The notes under the pieces are model-generated. The model searched no databases. It was given only the letters and a program-made list of their open reading frames with translations, and had not been told where the DNA came from. The position numbers and the translations under genes are program-made. 40,460 nucleotides of DNA from a virus. The DNA lies in UHGV virus genome UHGV-1390708, one strand, 5' to 3'. This document shows positions 21,375-31,889 of this stretch, piece after piece; position 1 is the first letter of the stretch, and every line of letters starts with the position of its first letter.

Positions 21375-21617
21375 ATGGCAGAGATTATTCCCATGACTGA
21401 AGAACAGAAATTCCAGTTAGAGATTTACAAGCTGGTCATGAACCAGAACGCAGCCGCAGAAGAAGCATTTCAATTCATCGGCACTGACGAGCTGAAGCTT
21501 GAGCTATTCAAAATTCACTTCCAGTCAGGCGGCGCTAATTCAGATATCACGACCCGTACTATCGAAGCGGTGCGTAAATCGAAGGAAGCGTTAGACCTGT
21601 TCACCACCGGAACATAA
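21375..21617 (+). CDS. Hypothetical protein, 80 aa, upstream of terS.
   Basis: GGAG Shine-Dalgarno sequence. It abuts terS. Confidence 0.55.
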   Translation: MAEIIPMTEEQKFQLEIYKLVMNQNAAAEEAFQFIGTDELKLELFKIHFQSGGANSDITTRTIEAVRKSKEALDLFTTGT

Positions 21618-21619
21618 AC

Positions 21620-22060
21620 ATGGCGCGCCCAACGAAGTATCAAGAGGCGTATGCCGAACAGGCACGCAAACTGTGCTTGCTGGGCTATACAGACGCCGAA
21701 CTCGCTGACTTCTTTGAAGTTAGCGAGGCAACAATCAACAATTGGAAATTGGAATATCCGGAGTTTTTAGAGTCCATAAAAAAGGGTAAGGCCGTCGCTG
21801 ATGCAGAAGTTAGTGATCGTCTTTATCAACGCGCTATGGGCTTCGTGGCTCCAGACATCGATATTCGTGTTATTGAAAACAGAATTGTCGAAACTCCGCT
21901 TGAGAAGTATTACCCGCCAGATACAACAGCTGCCATCTTCTGGCTTAAGAACCGACAGAAGGATAAATGGCGCGACAAGGTTGATCACGAGCTAACAGGC
22001 AAAGACGGCGGCGCAATCCAGATTGAAACATCACCGATGAGCACTCTATTCGGAAAATGA
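21620..22060 (+). CDS. terS: Terminase small subunit, 146 aa.
   Basis: N-terminal HTH segment YTDAELADFFEVSEATINNWK. The C-terminal tail LTGKDGGAIQIETSPMSTLFGK matches my recollection of Sf6 gp1. Confidence 0.85.
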   Translation: MARPTKYQEAYAEQARKLCLLGYTDAELADFFEVSEATINNWKLEYPEFLESIKKGKAVADAEVSDRLYQRAMGFVAPDIDIRVIENRIVETPLEKYYPPDTTAAIFWLKNRQKDKWRDKVDHELTGKDGGAIQIETSPMSTLFGK

Positions 22061-23472
22061 CCTCGATTAATCCTATCTTTGAACCGTTCATTGAGGCGCA
22101 TCGCTACAAAGTCGCCAAAGGCGGTCGAGGTAGCGGTAAATCATGGGCAATTGCTAGGCTGCTTGTTGAAGCGGCGCGTCGGCAGCCAGTGCGTATTCTT
22201 TGCGCTCGTGAACTGCAAAACAGTATCAGCGATTCGGTAATCCGGTTGCTTGAAGACACCATAGAGCGGGAAGGGTATTCGGCTGAGTTTGAAATTCAGC
22301 GTTCAATGATTCGTCATCTCGGAACGAATGCTGAATTCATGTTCTACGGCATAAAAAACAACCCGACGAAGATTAAATCGCTCGAAGGCATTGATATCTG
22401 CTGGGTGGAAGAAGCGGAAGCGGTAACGAAGGAATCGTGGGATATCCTGATTCCAACCATCCGCAAGCCGTTTTCCGAAATATGGGTGAGCTTTAACCCG
22501 AAAAATATCCTCGACGATACCTATCAGCGATTCGTTGTAAATCCTCCCGATGATATTTGTCTGCTGACGGTGAACTACACCGACAACCCGCACTTTCCTG
22601 AAGTTCTCCGTCTGGAGATGGAAGAGTGTAAACGCAGAAATCCGACACTGTATCGTCACATCTGGCTTGGTGAGCCAGTGAGCGCAAGTGATATGGCAAT
22701 CATCAAACGAGAATGGCTTGAAGCCGCAACCGATGCGCACAAGAAACTCGGATGGAAGGCGAAAGGCGCTGTTGTCTCTGCACATGACCCGTCAGATACA
22801 GGGCCAGATGCTAAAGGTTACGCATCGCGCCACGGTTCGGTAGTTAAGCGCATTGCCGAAGGTCTGCTGATGGACATCAACGATGGTGCTGACTGGGCTA
22901 CTTCGCTGGCGATTGAAGACGGCGCTGACCACTACTTGTGGGATGGTGATGGTGTTGGTGCCGGGCTACGCAGACAGACAACGGAAGCGTTCTCCGGCAA
23001 GAAAATCACCGCCACGATGTTCAAGGGCAGCGAATCGCCATTCGATGAAGATGCACCGTATCAGGCCGGAGCATGGGCTGATGAAGTCGTACAGGGTGAC
23101 AACGTTCGCACTATTGGCGATGTGTTCCGCAATAAGCGAGCGCAATTCTATTACGCACTGGCTGACAGGCTGTATCTGACATATCGGGCGGTTGTCTACG
23201 GTGAGTATGCAGACCCCGACGACATGCTGAGTTTCGACAAAGAAGCGATAGGCGAGAAGATGCTGGAGAAGCTGTTTGCAGAACTGACGCAGATTCAGCG
23301 CAAATTCAATAACAACGGGAAGCTGGAGCTTATGACTAAGGTCGAAATGAAGCAGAAGCTCGGTATTCCATCTCCTAACCTGGCTGATGCGCTGATGATG
23401 TGTATGCATTGCCCGGAGTCGGCTGCGCAACCCGACTATTCCAGTTACTCAATTCCTTGTGGTGTAGGTTGA
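22057..23472 (+). CDS. terL: Terminase large subunit (Sf6 gp2-like), 471 aa.
   Basis: MTSINPIFEPFIEAHRYKVAKGGRGSGKSWAIARLL with a Walker A motif. Confidence 0.95.
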   Translation: MTSINPIFEPFIEAHRYKVAKGGRGSGKSWAIARLLVEAARRQPVRILCARELQNSISDSVIRLLEDTIEREGYSAEFEIQRSMIRHLGTNAEFMFYGIKNNPTKIKSLEGIDICWVEEAEAVTKESWDILIPTIRKPFSEIWVSFNPKNILDDTYQRFVVNPPDDICLLTVNYTDNPHFPEVLRLEMEECKRRNPTLYRHIWLGEPVSASDMAIIKREWLEAATDAHKKLGWKAKGAVVSAHDPSDTGPDAKGYASRHGSVVKRIAEGLLMDINDGADWATSLAIEDGADHYLWDGDGVGAGLRRQTTEAFSGKKITATMFKGSESPFDEDAPYQAGAWADEVVQGDNVRTIGDVFRNKRAQFYYALADRLYLTYRAVVYGEYADPDDMLSFDKEAIGEKMLEKLFAELTQIQRKFNNNGKLELMTKVEMKQKLGIPSPNLADALMMCMHCPESAAQPDYSSYSIPCGVG

Positions 23473-23473
23473 T

Positions 23474-25672
23474 ATGGCAGAAAAAAAGATGACTGACTGG
23501 CATCGCAAGGTGCTGTGCAACTTTGATAATGCCTGGTCAGCAACGCAGGATATGCGTGAGCAGATTATTGAGGCTCAACGTTTCGTCCGGGTGTCCGGCG
23601 CACAGTGGGAAGGCAGCACAAACGCTGGTTACTCATTTGATGAAGGCAGGTTTGAGCATTACCCGCGCTTTGAACTGAATAAGATTGCCCGTGAATGTGA
23701 TCGCATCATTGGCGAGTATCGACAGAATCGCATCAGCGTTAAATTCAGGCCGAAGGATGACAAGGCATCGGAAGCGTTAGCCGAAAAAATGAACGGCAAA
23801 TTCCGCGCTGACTATCAGGAAACATCCGGTGGCGAAGCGTGTGATAACGCATTTGATGATGCCGTAACGGGCGGATTCGGTTGTTTCCGCATGTGTGCCG
23901 ATTACGAAGATGAAATGGATCCGAGTAACGAGCAACGCCGTATAAGCCTTCTCCCTGTTTACGACCCAGCGACATGCGTCTTCTTTGATCAGGACAGCAA
24001 GCAATATGACCGCTCTGATGCTATGTGGGCTATGGAAATGTTCTCCATGACGCCCAAAGCGTTCGAGGCTGAATACCCTGATTCCATCGCGGCAAGCCTT
24101 TCTCGTGATGACACTGGTACTCAGTATGACTGGTCAACGCCTGACGCCATCTATGTTGGACGTTACTACGAAGTCCGCATAGAGAAGGTGAAGCTCACAG
24201 CATGGCGTAACCCTGTCAGCGGAGAAACGGCAATCTATGATGAAGAGCAAATCAAAGATATTGTCGACGAGCTGACCGATGGTGCATTCGAACTGATTGG
24301 TGAGCGGACAGTGAAGAAACGCCGAGTTTATTGCGGTCTTCTGTCTGGCGCTGAATGGCTGGAAGAACCGAAGCGTATTCCGGGCGAACATATTCCTCTC
24401 ATCCCGGTATATGGGCGTCGCTCATTTGTTGATAATCAGGAGCGAATCGAAGGCCACGCAGCAAAAGCGATGGATGCACAGCGTCTTGAGAACCTGATGG
24501 TTTCCATGATTGCAGATAACGCTACTCAGGCTGGCGGTGATGGCATTCCTGTAGTTGATGTTGACATGATTCCTGGTCCTCTCGCCAATCATTGGGCGGA
24601 GCGCAACAAAAAGCGCCCGGCGTTCCTGCCGATGGTCAGTCTGAAAAACAAAAACGGAGATATTACTGCGCAGGCTCAGGTCAGCAGTTATACGCCTCCG
24701 ACACAAATGCCTCCAGCTCTTGCCGGGCTATTGCAGTACACCGGAACGGCTATTCAGCAAATTACAGGTGCGTCGCAGCTTGAGAACATGCCGAGCAACG
24801 TCGCCACCGATACCGTTGATAGCATCTTTAACCGGATGGATACGCAGTCCTATATCTACATGGACAACATGGCTAAATCCATGCGTCGCGCTGGCGTTGT
24901 GTGGCTTTCTATGGCTCGTGAAGTCTATGGCAGCGATACGCCAATGCGCATCGTTAATGAGGACGGCAGCGATGACGTGGCGCTGATGACTGGTGAAGTG
25001 GTTGACCGTCAGACAGGGCAGGTTATCGCGCTTAACGACCTTTCGCAGGGTAACTATGAAGTGACTGTCGATGTCGGTCAGTCGTTCGCTACTCGCCGTG
25101 ATGCAACGGTTAAGTCGTTACTTTCCATGCTGGCACTTATCCCACCAGGAACGCCGAAGCACGACCTTGTATCGTCGATGATTCTCGACAATATGGACGG
25201 CGAAGGGATGGACGACCTGAAAGAATACAACCGCAATCAGTTGCTTCTGTCTGGCGTTATCAAGCCGAGAACGCCTGAAGAACAGCAGATGGTTGAACAG
25301 GCGAAACAACAACAGGCCAGTCAGCCAGATCCGGCTATGGTTGCAGCGCAAGGTCAGCTTCTTGCTGGTCAGGCTGAATTACAGAAAGCGCAGAACGAAC
25401 AGGCAGCCATTCAGGTTAAAGCATTCCAGGCACAGACTGATGCTCAGGTTGCTGCGGCAAATGTTGTGAAAATCCTCGCATCTGCCGATAGCCAGCAGAA
25501 ATCTGATATCCGCGAGGCTCTGAAACTGCTCGGACAGTTCCAGCAACAGCAAGGAGATAATGCCCGTGCTGATGCAGAGCTTGTCCTGAAAAGTCAGGCA
25601 CAGGGCCATGCACAACGAATGGACATCAGCAGCATCCTGCAAAAATCAACCCAGCAACAACCACAGCAGTAA
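23474..25672 (+). CDS. Portal protein (P22 gp1-like), 732 aa, with a Gln-rich C-terminal barrel.
   Basis: Size, position, and a C-terminal helical Q/A-rich extension. Confidence 0.9.
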   Translation: MAEKKMTDWHRKVLCNFDNAWSATQDMREQIIEAQRFVRVSGAQWEGSTNAGYSFDEGRFEHYPRFELNKIARECDRIIGEYRQNRISVKFRPKDDKASEALAEKMNGKFRADYQETSGGEACDNAFDDAVTGGFGCFRMCADYEDEMDPSNEQRRISLLPVYDPATCVFFDQDSKQYDRSDAMWAMEMFSMTPKAFEAEYPDSIAASLSRDDTGTQYDWSTPDAIYVGRYYEVRIEKVKLTAWRNPVSGETAIYDEEQIKDIVDELTDGAFELIGERTVKKRRVYCGLLSGAEWLEEPKRIPGEHIPLIPVYGRRSFVDNQERIEGHAAKAMDAQRLENLMVSMIADNATQAGGDGIPVVDVDMIPGPLANHWAERNKKRPAFLPMVSLKNKNGDITAQAQVSSYTPPTQMPPALAGLLQYTGTAIQQITGASQLENMPSNVATDTVDSIFNRMDTQSYIYMDNMAKSMRRAGVVWLSMAREVYGSDTPMRIVNEDGSDDVALMTGEVVDRQTGQVIALNDLSQGNYEVTVDVGQSFATRRDATVKSLLSMLALIPPGTPKHDLVSSMILDNMDGEGMDDLKEYNRNQLLLSGVIKPRTPEEQQMVEQAKQQQASQPDPAMVAAQGQLLAGQAELQKAQNEQAAIQVKAFQAQTDAQVAAANVVKILASADSQQKSDIREALKLLGQFQQQQGDNARADAELVLKSQAQGHAQRMDISSILQKSTQQQPQQ

Positions 25673-25762
25673 TTAACCCATAACGTGCAATGGCTGTCTT
25701 TATGAGGCCTGGCACCCTATTGCCTTCCGATGGGCTGAACATCGAGTAAACAGGGGTAACAA

Positions 25763-26656
25763 ATGGACCAGATGGCAGAAAACACACCAGAAGTTGAAAT
25801 CGAAACCGACGCGTCAGAGCAGATTCCTGATGATGTCGAACTGGCTGAAGAAGTCGAAAAAGCAGATGGCAGTGAGTCCTCAGGAAATGATGCAGAGGAA
25901 GCTACTGACACTGATGACGACGAATCAGAACAGGAATTCTACTTTGGTGACGAAAAGCTGGATTCGCCAACCAGCGAAGATAGCGCAGAGCATGGACTGG
26001 TAAAACACCTGCGCAAGACGATTAAAGAGAAAGACCGCGAGCTGAAAGAGCTGATGCGTCAGTCTCAGAAACCCGTCGAGCAGCAGCCGGTAATCACTCA
26101 ACCACCGCGAATGCCAAAACTGGATGATGAGGACATCGGTTTCGATGAAGAAATCTACCAGCAACGCATGGCTAAGTGGGCGGAGGACAACGGCAAATAC
26201 CAGCAACAGGAGATGGCTCGCAAGCAGAAGGAGCAGGAGCTTCAGGCTGCCTATCAAGAGCGATTATCCAAATATCAGCAACGTGTTAAGGCTCTCAAGG
26301 TTCCTGGCTATCAGGAAGCTGAACAGGCCGTACTCGAGGAAATCCCCATAGAGACACAAAACGCGATCCTGTTTGAGTCAGAGAAGCCGGAAATCGTTGT
26401 TCTGGCGCTCGGTCGCAACGCTGAACTGCGCAAGCAACTGGCAGAAGCTACCAACCCCGTAGCAATTGGTCGTCTGCTGGAACGTATCGAATCGAAGGCA
26501 AGAATCATGCCAAAAGCAAAAACCACGGCAGCCACAACCCCGACAGTTAAGGGGAGCAACGGCGCAGTAATCAATAACCTCGACAAACTGAAAGCCAAGG
26601 CGCTGGAAACTGGTGACTGGACGCCGTATTTCGCCGCTAAAAAGGCAAAAAAATAA
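25763..26656 (+). CDS. Scaffolding protein (P22 gp8-like), 297 aa.
   Basis: Acidic N-terminus and a helical, charged body. It lies between portal and coat. Confidence 0.85.
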   Translation: MDQMAENTPEVEIETDASEQIPDDVELAEEVEKADGSESSGNDAEEATDTDDDESEQEFYFGDEKLDSPTSEDSAEHGLVKHLRKTIKEKDRELKELMRQSQKPVEQQPVITQPPRMPKLDDEDIGFDEEIYQQRMAKWAEDNGKYQQQEMARKQKEQELQAAYQERLSKYQQRVKALKVPGYQEAEQAVLEEIPIETQNAILFESEKPEIVVLALGRNAELRKQLAEATNPVAIGRLLERIESKARIMPKAKTTAATTPTVKGSNGAVINNLDKLKAKALETGDWTPYFAAKKAKK

Positions 26657-26674
26657 CCTATCGGAGCATTAAGC

Positions 26675-27928
26675 ATGGCTAACCAATTAGCAAAAGACCT
26701 TGAAATCATGTTCGAAAACTACGTTGAAGGCTTTGAGGCCGCCTGCGTAGTTTCCCGTAACGCTAAAAAATTCCGTCCCGGTGATACAGCAATGCAGCGA
26801 GCAGGTGATGTTCTGTATCGTCCGCAGCATTACCACATGAACATTGAGGAAGGCCTCGACCTCAGCGGAAAAACGCCTACAGCACTGGTTCAGCGCCTTG
26901 TTCCTTCTGTATTCAAGGAGCCGAAAAACATTCTGTACACTCTGGATGCGCGTGAAATGCGTGACCCCGAGCATAAAACTGAAGCTGGTCGCGCCGCAGG
27001 TATGCGCCTTGCTGCACAGATTGACTCTGACCTGATTTCCATGGTTACGCAGCGTGCTACTAACGTGATAACAATGGCTGACTCAACCACTGGTTCACAG
27101 GGCCGTGATTTGTGGAACTGTGCGGCAGGTATTGATGCCACCATGACGGCGATTGGTGTACCGCAGGGTATCAACCGTCGCTCTTTCTGGAACCCCTTCA
27201 ACTACAAAGACCTTGCTGGCGAGCTTGGTCACCGTGCCTACGCTCAGGGCGCAACCCTGACAGCATACGAAAAAGCGCAGATCCCTCCGGTTGCTTCCTT
27301 TGATAGCTACAAGACCGATATTTCTGGTCGATTACCGAAAGGAAGCGCTGAATCCTTGACAGTATCAGGCCAACCTGAACACAAGGTTGAAGCGAAAGAT
27401 TCAAATGGTATGCCAGTTGATAACCGACAGGGGACTATTACGGTATCTGCATCTGGCTTGCAGGTTGGTGATGCGTTCACCATTGCCGGTGTGAATTCCG
27501 TACACCAGATCACAAAAGATACCACCGGGCAACCGCAGGTATTCCGTGTTCTGGCTGTTAGCGGAACTACCGTAACAATCTCTCCAAAGATTCTCCCTGT
27601 TGAAAATACCGATGTTGCGAGTCGTCCATATGCAAACGTCGATGCCAAACCGGCAGAATCAGCAGCAATCACCATTCTCAACAAGAACGCAGCACCGGCT
27701 AACCTGTTCTGGGCTGATGGTTCTGTTGAACTGATGTACGGCAAACTGGCATTCCCGACTGGTCAGGGTCCACAGGTAATGACAGCAACCACCGAGCAGG
27801 GCGCTACGCTGATCATGTCTTACGCCTTCGACCACATCAAAGGCGTAACCACTGCTCGTTTCACCACTCTGTACGGTTGCTCTGTACTTGTTCCTGAATA
27901 TACGGGCATCGTTATTGCCGGGCAGTAA
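26675..27928 (+). CDS. Major capsid (coat) protein (P22 gp5-like), 417 aa.
   Basis: Position and size. The N-terminus MANQLAKDLEIMFENYVEGFEAACVVSRNA is Sf6/P22-like. Confidence 0.9.
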   Translation: MANQLAKDLEIMFENYVEGFEAACVVSRNAKKFRPGDTAMQRAGDVLYRPQHYHMNIEEGLDLSGKTPTALVQRLVPSVFKEPKNILYTLDAREMRDPEHKTEAGRAAGMRLAAQIDSDLISMVTQRATNVITMADSTTGSQGRDLWNCAAGIDATMTAIGVPQGINRRSFWNPFNYKDLAGELGHRAYAQGATLTAYEKAQIPPVASFDSYKTDISGRLPKGSAESLTVSGQPEHKVEAKDSNGMPVDNRQGTITVSASGLQVGDAFTIAGVNSVHQITKDTTGQPQVFRVLAVSGTTVTISPKILPVENTDVASRPYANVDAKPAESAAITILNKNAAPANLFWADGSVELMYGKLAFPTGQGPQVMTATTEQGATLIMSYAFDHIKGVTTARFTTLYGCSVLVPEYTGIVIAGQ

Positions 27929-27934
27929 TTTTGG

Positions 27935-27957
27935 TGGGGCTTCGGCCCCATTTTTAT
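27935..27957 (+). terminator. Hairpin plus T-run after the coat gene.
   Basis: TGGGGC-ttcg-GCCCCA followed by TTTTTATT. Confidence 0.65.
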
Positions 27958-27969
27958 TGGGAGAAGACA

Positions 27970-28158
27970 ATGGCACGAACAATGCTCTATAAGCCTGGCA
28001 ACATGATCACCTGTGGTCAGTTTGCTGTCGATTACATCATTGTTGATGACGAAGAAGTTAAATCTCACCTGAAAAAAGGTTGGGTAAAAACCCCTGAAGA
28101 AACCGCAACGAAGCAAAAAGTGGCTAAGGCGGAAGAAGATGGCGAAAACGAAGGGTGA
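27970..28158 (+). CDS. Hypothetical small protein, 62 aa from MARTMLYKPG.
   Basis: GGAGAAG Shine-Dalgarno sequence. It lies between the coat gene and gp4. Confidence 0.55.
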   Translation: MARTMLYKPGNMITCGQFAVDYIIVDDEEVKSHLKKGWVKTPEETATKQKVAKAEEDGENEG

Positions 28159-28600
28159 TCTCGTTCTTAAGGCTTTACGAAAAGCCGGGCTGTATTCCAA
28201 TGCCACGTTGACAGATGCTGACCCTCAGGCAATTGAAGATGCCATTAATGACCTCGAAGACATGATGGCAGCATGGCAGGCGAAAGGTATCGAGCTTGGG
28301 TATCAGTTTGCTGATACAGAAAACGGCATCATGCCGTTACCTGACGATGATTCAGGTATCCCTGCATGGGCAAATGATGGTGTCGCTTTGAAACTCGCTG
28401 TGCAAGTGTGCATGGATAACGTCATTCAGCCGTCAGACGCTCTCCTTACCGCTGCTGACAGTGCATATCAAACAATCTGTATCGCTTTAACCAAAATACC
28501 ACCACTTGAGCGGCGAAATGACATGCCTCGCGGTAGTGGTAACAAAAGCGCGTTTACGTGGAATCGGTTTTACATCGAGAAAGATGATTCGAGTACGTGA
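28139..28600 (+). CDS. Head-completion / tail accessory factor (P22 gp4-like), 153 aa.
   Basis: KTKGDLVLKALRKAGLYSNATLTDADPQAIEDAINDLEDMMAAW is similar to P22 gp4. Confidence 0.85.
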   Translation: MAKTKGDLVLKALRKAGLYSNATLTDADPQAIEDAINDLEDMMAAWQAKGIELGYQFADTENGIMPLPDDDSGIPAWANDGVALKLAVQVCMDNVIQPSDALLTAADSAYQTICIALTKIPPLERRNDMPRGSGNKSAFTWNRFYIEKDDSST

Positions 28601-28609
28601 GGTGAATAA

Positions 28610-30028
28610 ATGCCGATTCAGCAACTTCCGCTTATGAAAGGTGTCGGCAAAGACTTTCGAAACGCCGACTATATCGACTATCTGCCAGTGAATATGTTGG
28701 CTACACCCAAAGAAATCCTCAACAGCAGCGGATATCTTCGCTCATTCCCTGGCATTGCCAAACGTTCTGATGTGAACGGTATATCGCGCGGCGTCGAGTA
28801 CAACATGGCGCAGAGTGCTGTATATCGCGTGTGTGGGGGCAAGCTGTATAAGGGCGAAAGCGAAGTCGGTGACGTCGCTGGAAGTGGTCGCGTATCAATG
28901 GCGCATGGTCGGACATCTCAGGCTGTAGGCGTTAATGGTCAACTGGTCGAGTATCGCTATGATGGCACGGTTAAAACCGTCTCAAACTGGCCTACAGACA
29001 GCGGATTCACACAGTATGAGTTAGGCTCAGTCCGCGACATTACACGCTTACGTGGGCGTTATGCGTGGTCAAAAGACGGAACTGATTCATGGTTTATCAC
29101 TGACCTTGAAGACGAATCGCATCCTGACCGTTATAGCGCACAATATCGCGCAGAATCGCAGCCTGACGGCATCATCGGCATCGGAACATGGCGAGACTTC
29201 ATCGTATGCTTTGGTTCATCAACGATTGAATATTTCTCCCTGACTGGTGCAACCACCGTTGGTGCCGCTTTGTATGTCGCACAGCCATCGCTGATGGTGC
29301 AGAAAGGTATTGCCGGGACTTACTGCAAAACGCCATTCGCTGATTCTTATGCGTTCATCAGCAATCCGGCAACAGGTGCGCCGTCTGTGTACATCATCGG
29401 TTCCGGTCAGGTATCACCAATCGCCAGCGCGAGCATTGAGAAAATCCTCCGCTCCTACACTGCTGATGAACTGGCTGATGGTGTGATGGAATCGCTGCGA
29501 TTTGATGCTCATGAGTTGCTGATTATCCACCTTCCGCGCCATGTTCTCGTGTACGACGCATCTTCAAGCGCCAATGGTCCGCAATGGTGTGTACTGAAAA
29601 CAGGCCTGTATGACGATGTGTACCGCGCTATCGACTTCATTTACGAAGGCAATCAGATAACGTGCGGCGATAAGCTGGAGTCCGTGACCGGGAAATTGCA
29701 GTTCGATATCAGCAGCCAGTACGACAAGCAACAGGAACACCTGCTGTTTACTCCGTTGTTCAAAGCAGATAACGCCAGAGTTTTCGACCTTGAAGTTGAA
29801 TCTTCAACTGGCGTTGCGCAGTACGCTGACCGCCTGTTCCTCTCTGCAACCACTGACGGCATCAATTACGGTCGTGAGCAGATGATTGAGCAGAATGAAC
29901 CGTTCGTTTACGACAAACGCGTTTTGTGGAAGCGGGTCGGACGCATCAGGAAAAATGTCGGCTTCAAATTGCGTGTTATCACGAAGTCACCTGTCACTCT
30001 GTCAGGTTGCCAGATAAGGATTGAGTAA
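28610..30028 (+). CDS. Tail hub / packaged-DNA stabilisation protein (P22 gp10-like), 472 aa.
   Basis: Its size is the same as I recall for P22 gp10, and its position matches. Confidence 0.85.
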   Translation: MPIQQLPLMKGVGKDFRNADYIDYLPVNMLATPKEILNSSGYLRSFPGIAKRSDVNGISRGVEYNMAQSAVYRVCGGKLYKGESEVGDVAGSGRVSMAHGRTSQAVGVNGQLVEYRYDGTVKTVSNWPTDSGFTQYELGSVRDITRLRGRYAWSKDGTDSWFITDLEDESHPDRYSAQYRAESQPDGIIGIGTWRDFIVCFGSSTIEYFSLTGATTVGAALYVAQPSLMVQKGIAGTYCKTPFADSYAFISNPATGAPSVYIIGSGQVSPIASASIEKILRSYTADELADGVMESLRFDAHELLIIHLPRHVLVYDASSSANGPQWCVLKTGLYDDVYRAIDFIYEGNQITCGDKLESVTGKLQFDISSQYDKQQEHLLFTPLFKADNARVFDLEVESSTGVAQYADRLFLSATTDGINYGREQMIEQNEPFVYDKRVLWKRVGRIRKNVGFKLRVITKSPVTLSGCQIRIE

Positions 30029-30729
30029 TGGCTGATTCGAATCTCAATGTGCCGGTAATCACCCAAGCTACGCGGCTTGATGCTTCAATTTTGCCACGCA
30101 ATATATTCAGCCAGTCTTACCTACTATATGTCATAAATCAGGGAGCTGATGTCGGTGCAATTGCCGGGAAGGCAAATCAGGCCGGTCAGGGCGCTTACGA
30201 TTCCCAGGTAAAAAACGATGAACAGGATGTCGAACTGGCTGATCACGACGCAAGAATCACCGCAAACACAAAAGCGATAAATCTCCTTGAGGTCAGGTTA
30301 ACAACCGCCGAAGGGAAGATAGTCGTACTGCGTAGCGATGTTGATTACTTGCTGGATGAGGTTATCGATATTCAGGCGCATCTGGTCACTGTTGACCAAA
30401 GACTGGATGGCGTAGAAAGCGATGTATCTGACATTAAGAGTGATTACGTATCGAAAACCGTAACCGAATCGCAGTCTCTTGCGTCACCGATGGATGTAAA
30501 AACATCATATTCAGTTGATGGAATTCAGGTCGTTGGAGCAAGGCAGACCGGATGGACTGCAGCCACAGGTACGCCACTTCTTGGCTCATTCAACGCAAAC
30601 CAGTCATACACTGTCGGCACTACGTACACGCAATCCGAAGTCGCAGCTCTCGCTACAGGTTTGCAGCAGGCGCGGCAGCGTATTCTGGCGCTTGAAACGG
30701 CACTTAGATTACATGGGCTGATTGACTGA
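30028..30729 (+). CDS. Tail needle (P22 gp26-like), 233 aa.
   Basis: [64 protein letters not shown] and the C-terminal ALRLHGLID are gp26-like. Confidence 0.9.
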   Translation: MADSNLNVPVITQATRLDASILPRNIFSQSYLLYVINQGADVGAIAGKANQAGQGAYDSQVKNDEQDVELADHDARITANTKAINLLEVRLTTAEGKIVVLRSDVDYLLDEVIDIQAHLVTVDQRLDGVESDVSDIKSDYVSKTVTESQSLASPMDVKTSYSVDGIQVVGARQTGWTAATGTPLLGSFNANQSYTVGTTYTQSEVAALATGLQQARQRILALETALRLHGLID

Positions 30730-31184
30730 TGATTACATTCAAACCAACGCGAAACATCGACCTGATCGAAGCAGTAGGAAATCACCCTGACATTATCTCC
30801 GGGAGCAACAACGGTGATGGATACGACTACAAACCTGAATGCCGTTACTTTGAGGTGAACGTGCACGGGCAGTTCGGCGGCATTGTTTACTATCAGGAAA
30901 TTCAGCCTCTTACATTCGATTGCCACGCCATGTACCTGCCAGAGATTCGCGGCTTCAGCAAGGAAATCGGTCTGGCGTTCTGGCGATACATTCTGACTAA
31001 CACCACCGTTCAGTGCGTCACATCGTTCGCTGCGCGCAAATTCCGCCACGGTCAGATGTACTGCGCAATGATTGGCCTTAAGCGTGTAGGAACCATCAAG
31101 AAATACTTCAAAGGCGTGGATGACGTGACGTTTTACAGCGCCACACGCGAAGAACTAATCGACTTCCTGAATCACGGGAGATAG
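30729..31184 (+). CDS. P22 gp14-like head assembly/ejection-associated protein, 151 aa.
   Basis: Synteny: it lies between the needle gene and the ejection-protein genes. Confidence 0.65.
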   Translation: MITFKPTRNIDLIEAVGNHPDIISGSNNGDGYDYKPECRYFEVNVHGQFGGIVYYQEIQPLTFDCHAMYLPEIRGFSKEIGLAFWRYILTNTTVQCVTSFAARKFRHGQMYCAMIGLKRVGTIKKYFKGVDDVTFYSATREELIDFLNHGR

Positions 31185-31186
31185 CC

Positions 31187-31879
31187 ATGTTATATGCATT
31201 TAAGCTGGGCAGAAAACTGCGCGGCGAGGAACCTTGGTGCCCTGAAAAAGGCGGGAAAGGTGGTAGCTCTGATAAAAGCGCAAAGTATGCAGCAGAAGCT
31301 CAGAAGTATGCCGCAGACCTGCAAAATCAGCAGTTCAACACCATCATGAACAACCTGAAGCCGTTTACTCCTCTGGCTGAGAAGTATGTCGGCAGCCTCG
31401 AGAACTTATCGTCTCTGGAGGGGCAAGGTCAGGCACTTAACCAGTATTACAACTCTCAGCAGTACAAAGACCTTGCAGGTCAGGCTCGCTATCAGAGTCT
31501 GGCGGCAGCGGAAGCAACAGGTGGATTGGGTTCCACTGCAACCAGTAATCAGTTAGCAACAATCGCACCAACGCTTGGTCAGCAATGGCTATCTGGACAA
31601 ATGAACAATTACAACAACCTGGCAAATATCGGTCTTGGCGCTCTTCAGGGGCAGGCAAACGCCGGGCAAACATATGCCAACAACATGAGTCAGATTTCAC
31701 AGCAAAGCGCGGCGCTGGCTGCGGCAAACGCCAACCGACCGTCAGCATTGCAGCAGGGGGTTAGTGGTGCTGCATCCGGTGCGCTTTTGGGTGGTGGCAT
31801 AGCCAGTGCTCTCGAGCTATCAACTCCGTGGGGTGCTGGTATCGGTGCTGGTCTTGGTCTGCTTGGCTCGTTGTTTTAA
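31187..31879 (+). CDS. Ejection (internal virion) protein, P22 gp7-like, 230 aa.
   Basis: Synteny and size. Gly/Ala-rich hydrophobic C-terminus. Confidence 0.75.
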   Translation: MLYAFKLGRKLRGEEPWCPEKGGKGGSSDKSAKYAAEAQKYAADLQNQQFNTIMNNLKPFTPLAEKYVGSLENLSSLEGQGQALNQYYNSQQYKDLAGQARYQSLAAAEATGGLGSTATSNQLATIAPTLGQQWLSGQMNNYNNLANIGLGALQGQANAGQTYANNMSQISQQSAALAAANANRPSALQQGVSGAASGALLGGGIASALELSTPWGAGIGAGLGLLGSLF

Positions 31880-31889
31880 GGGGTAATCA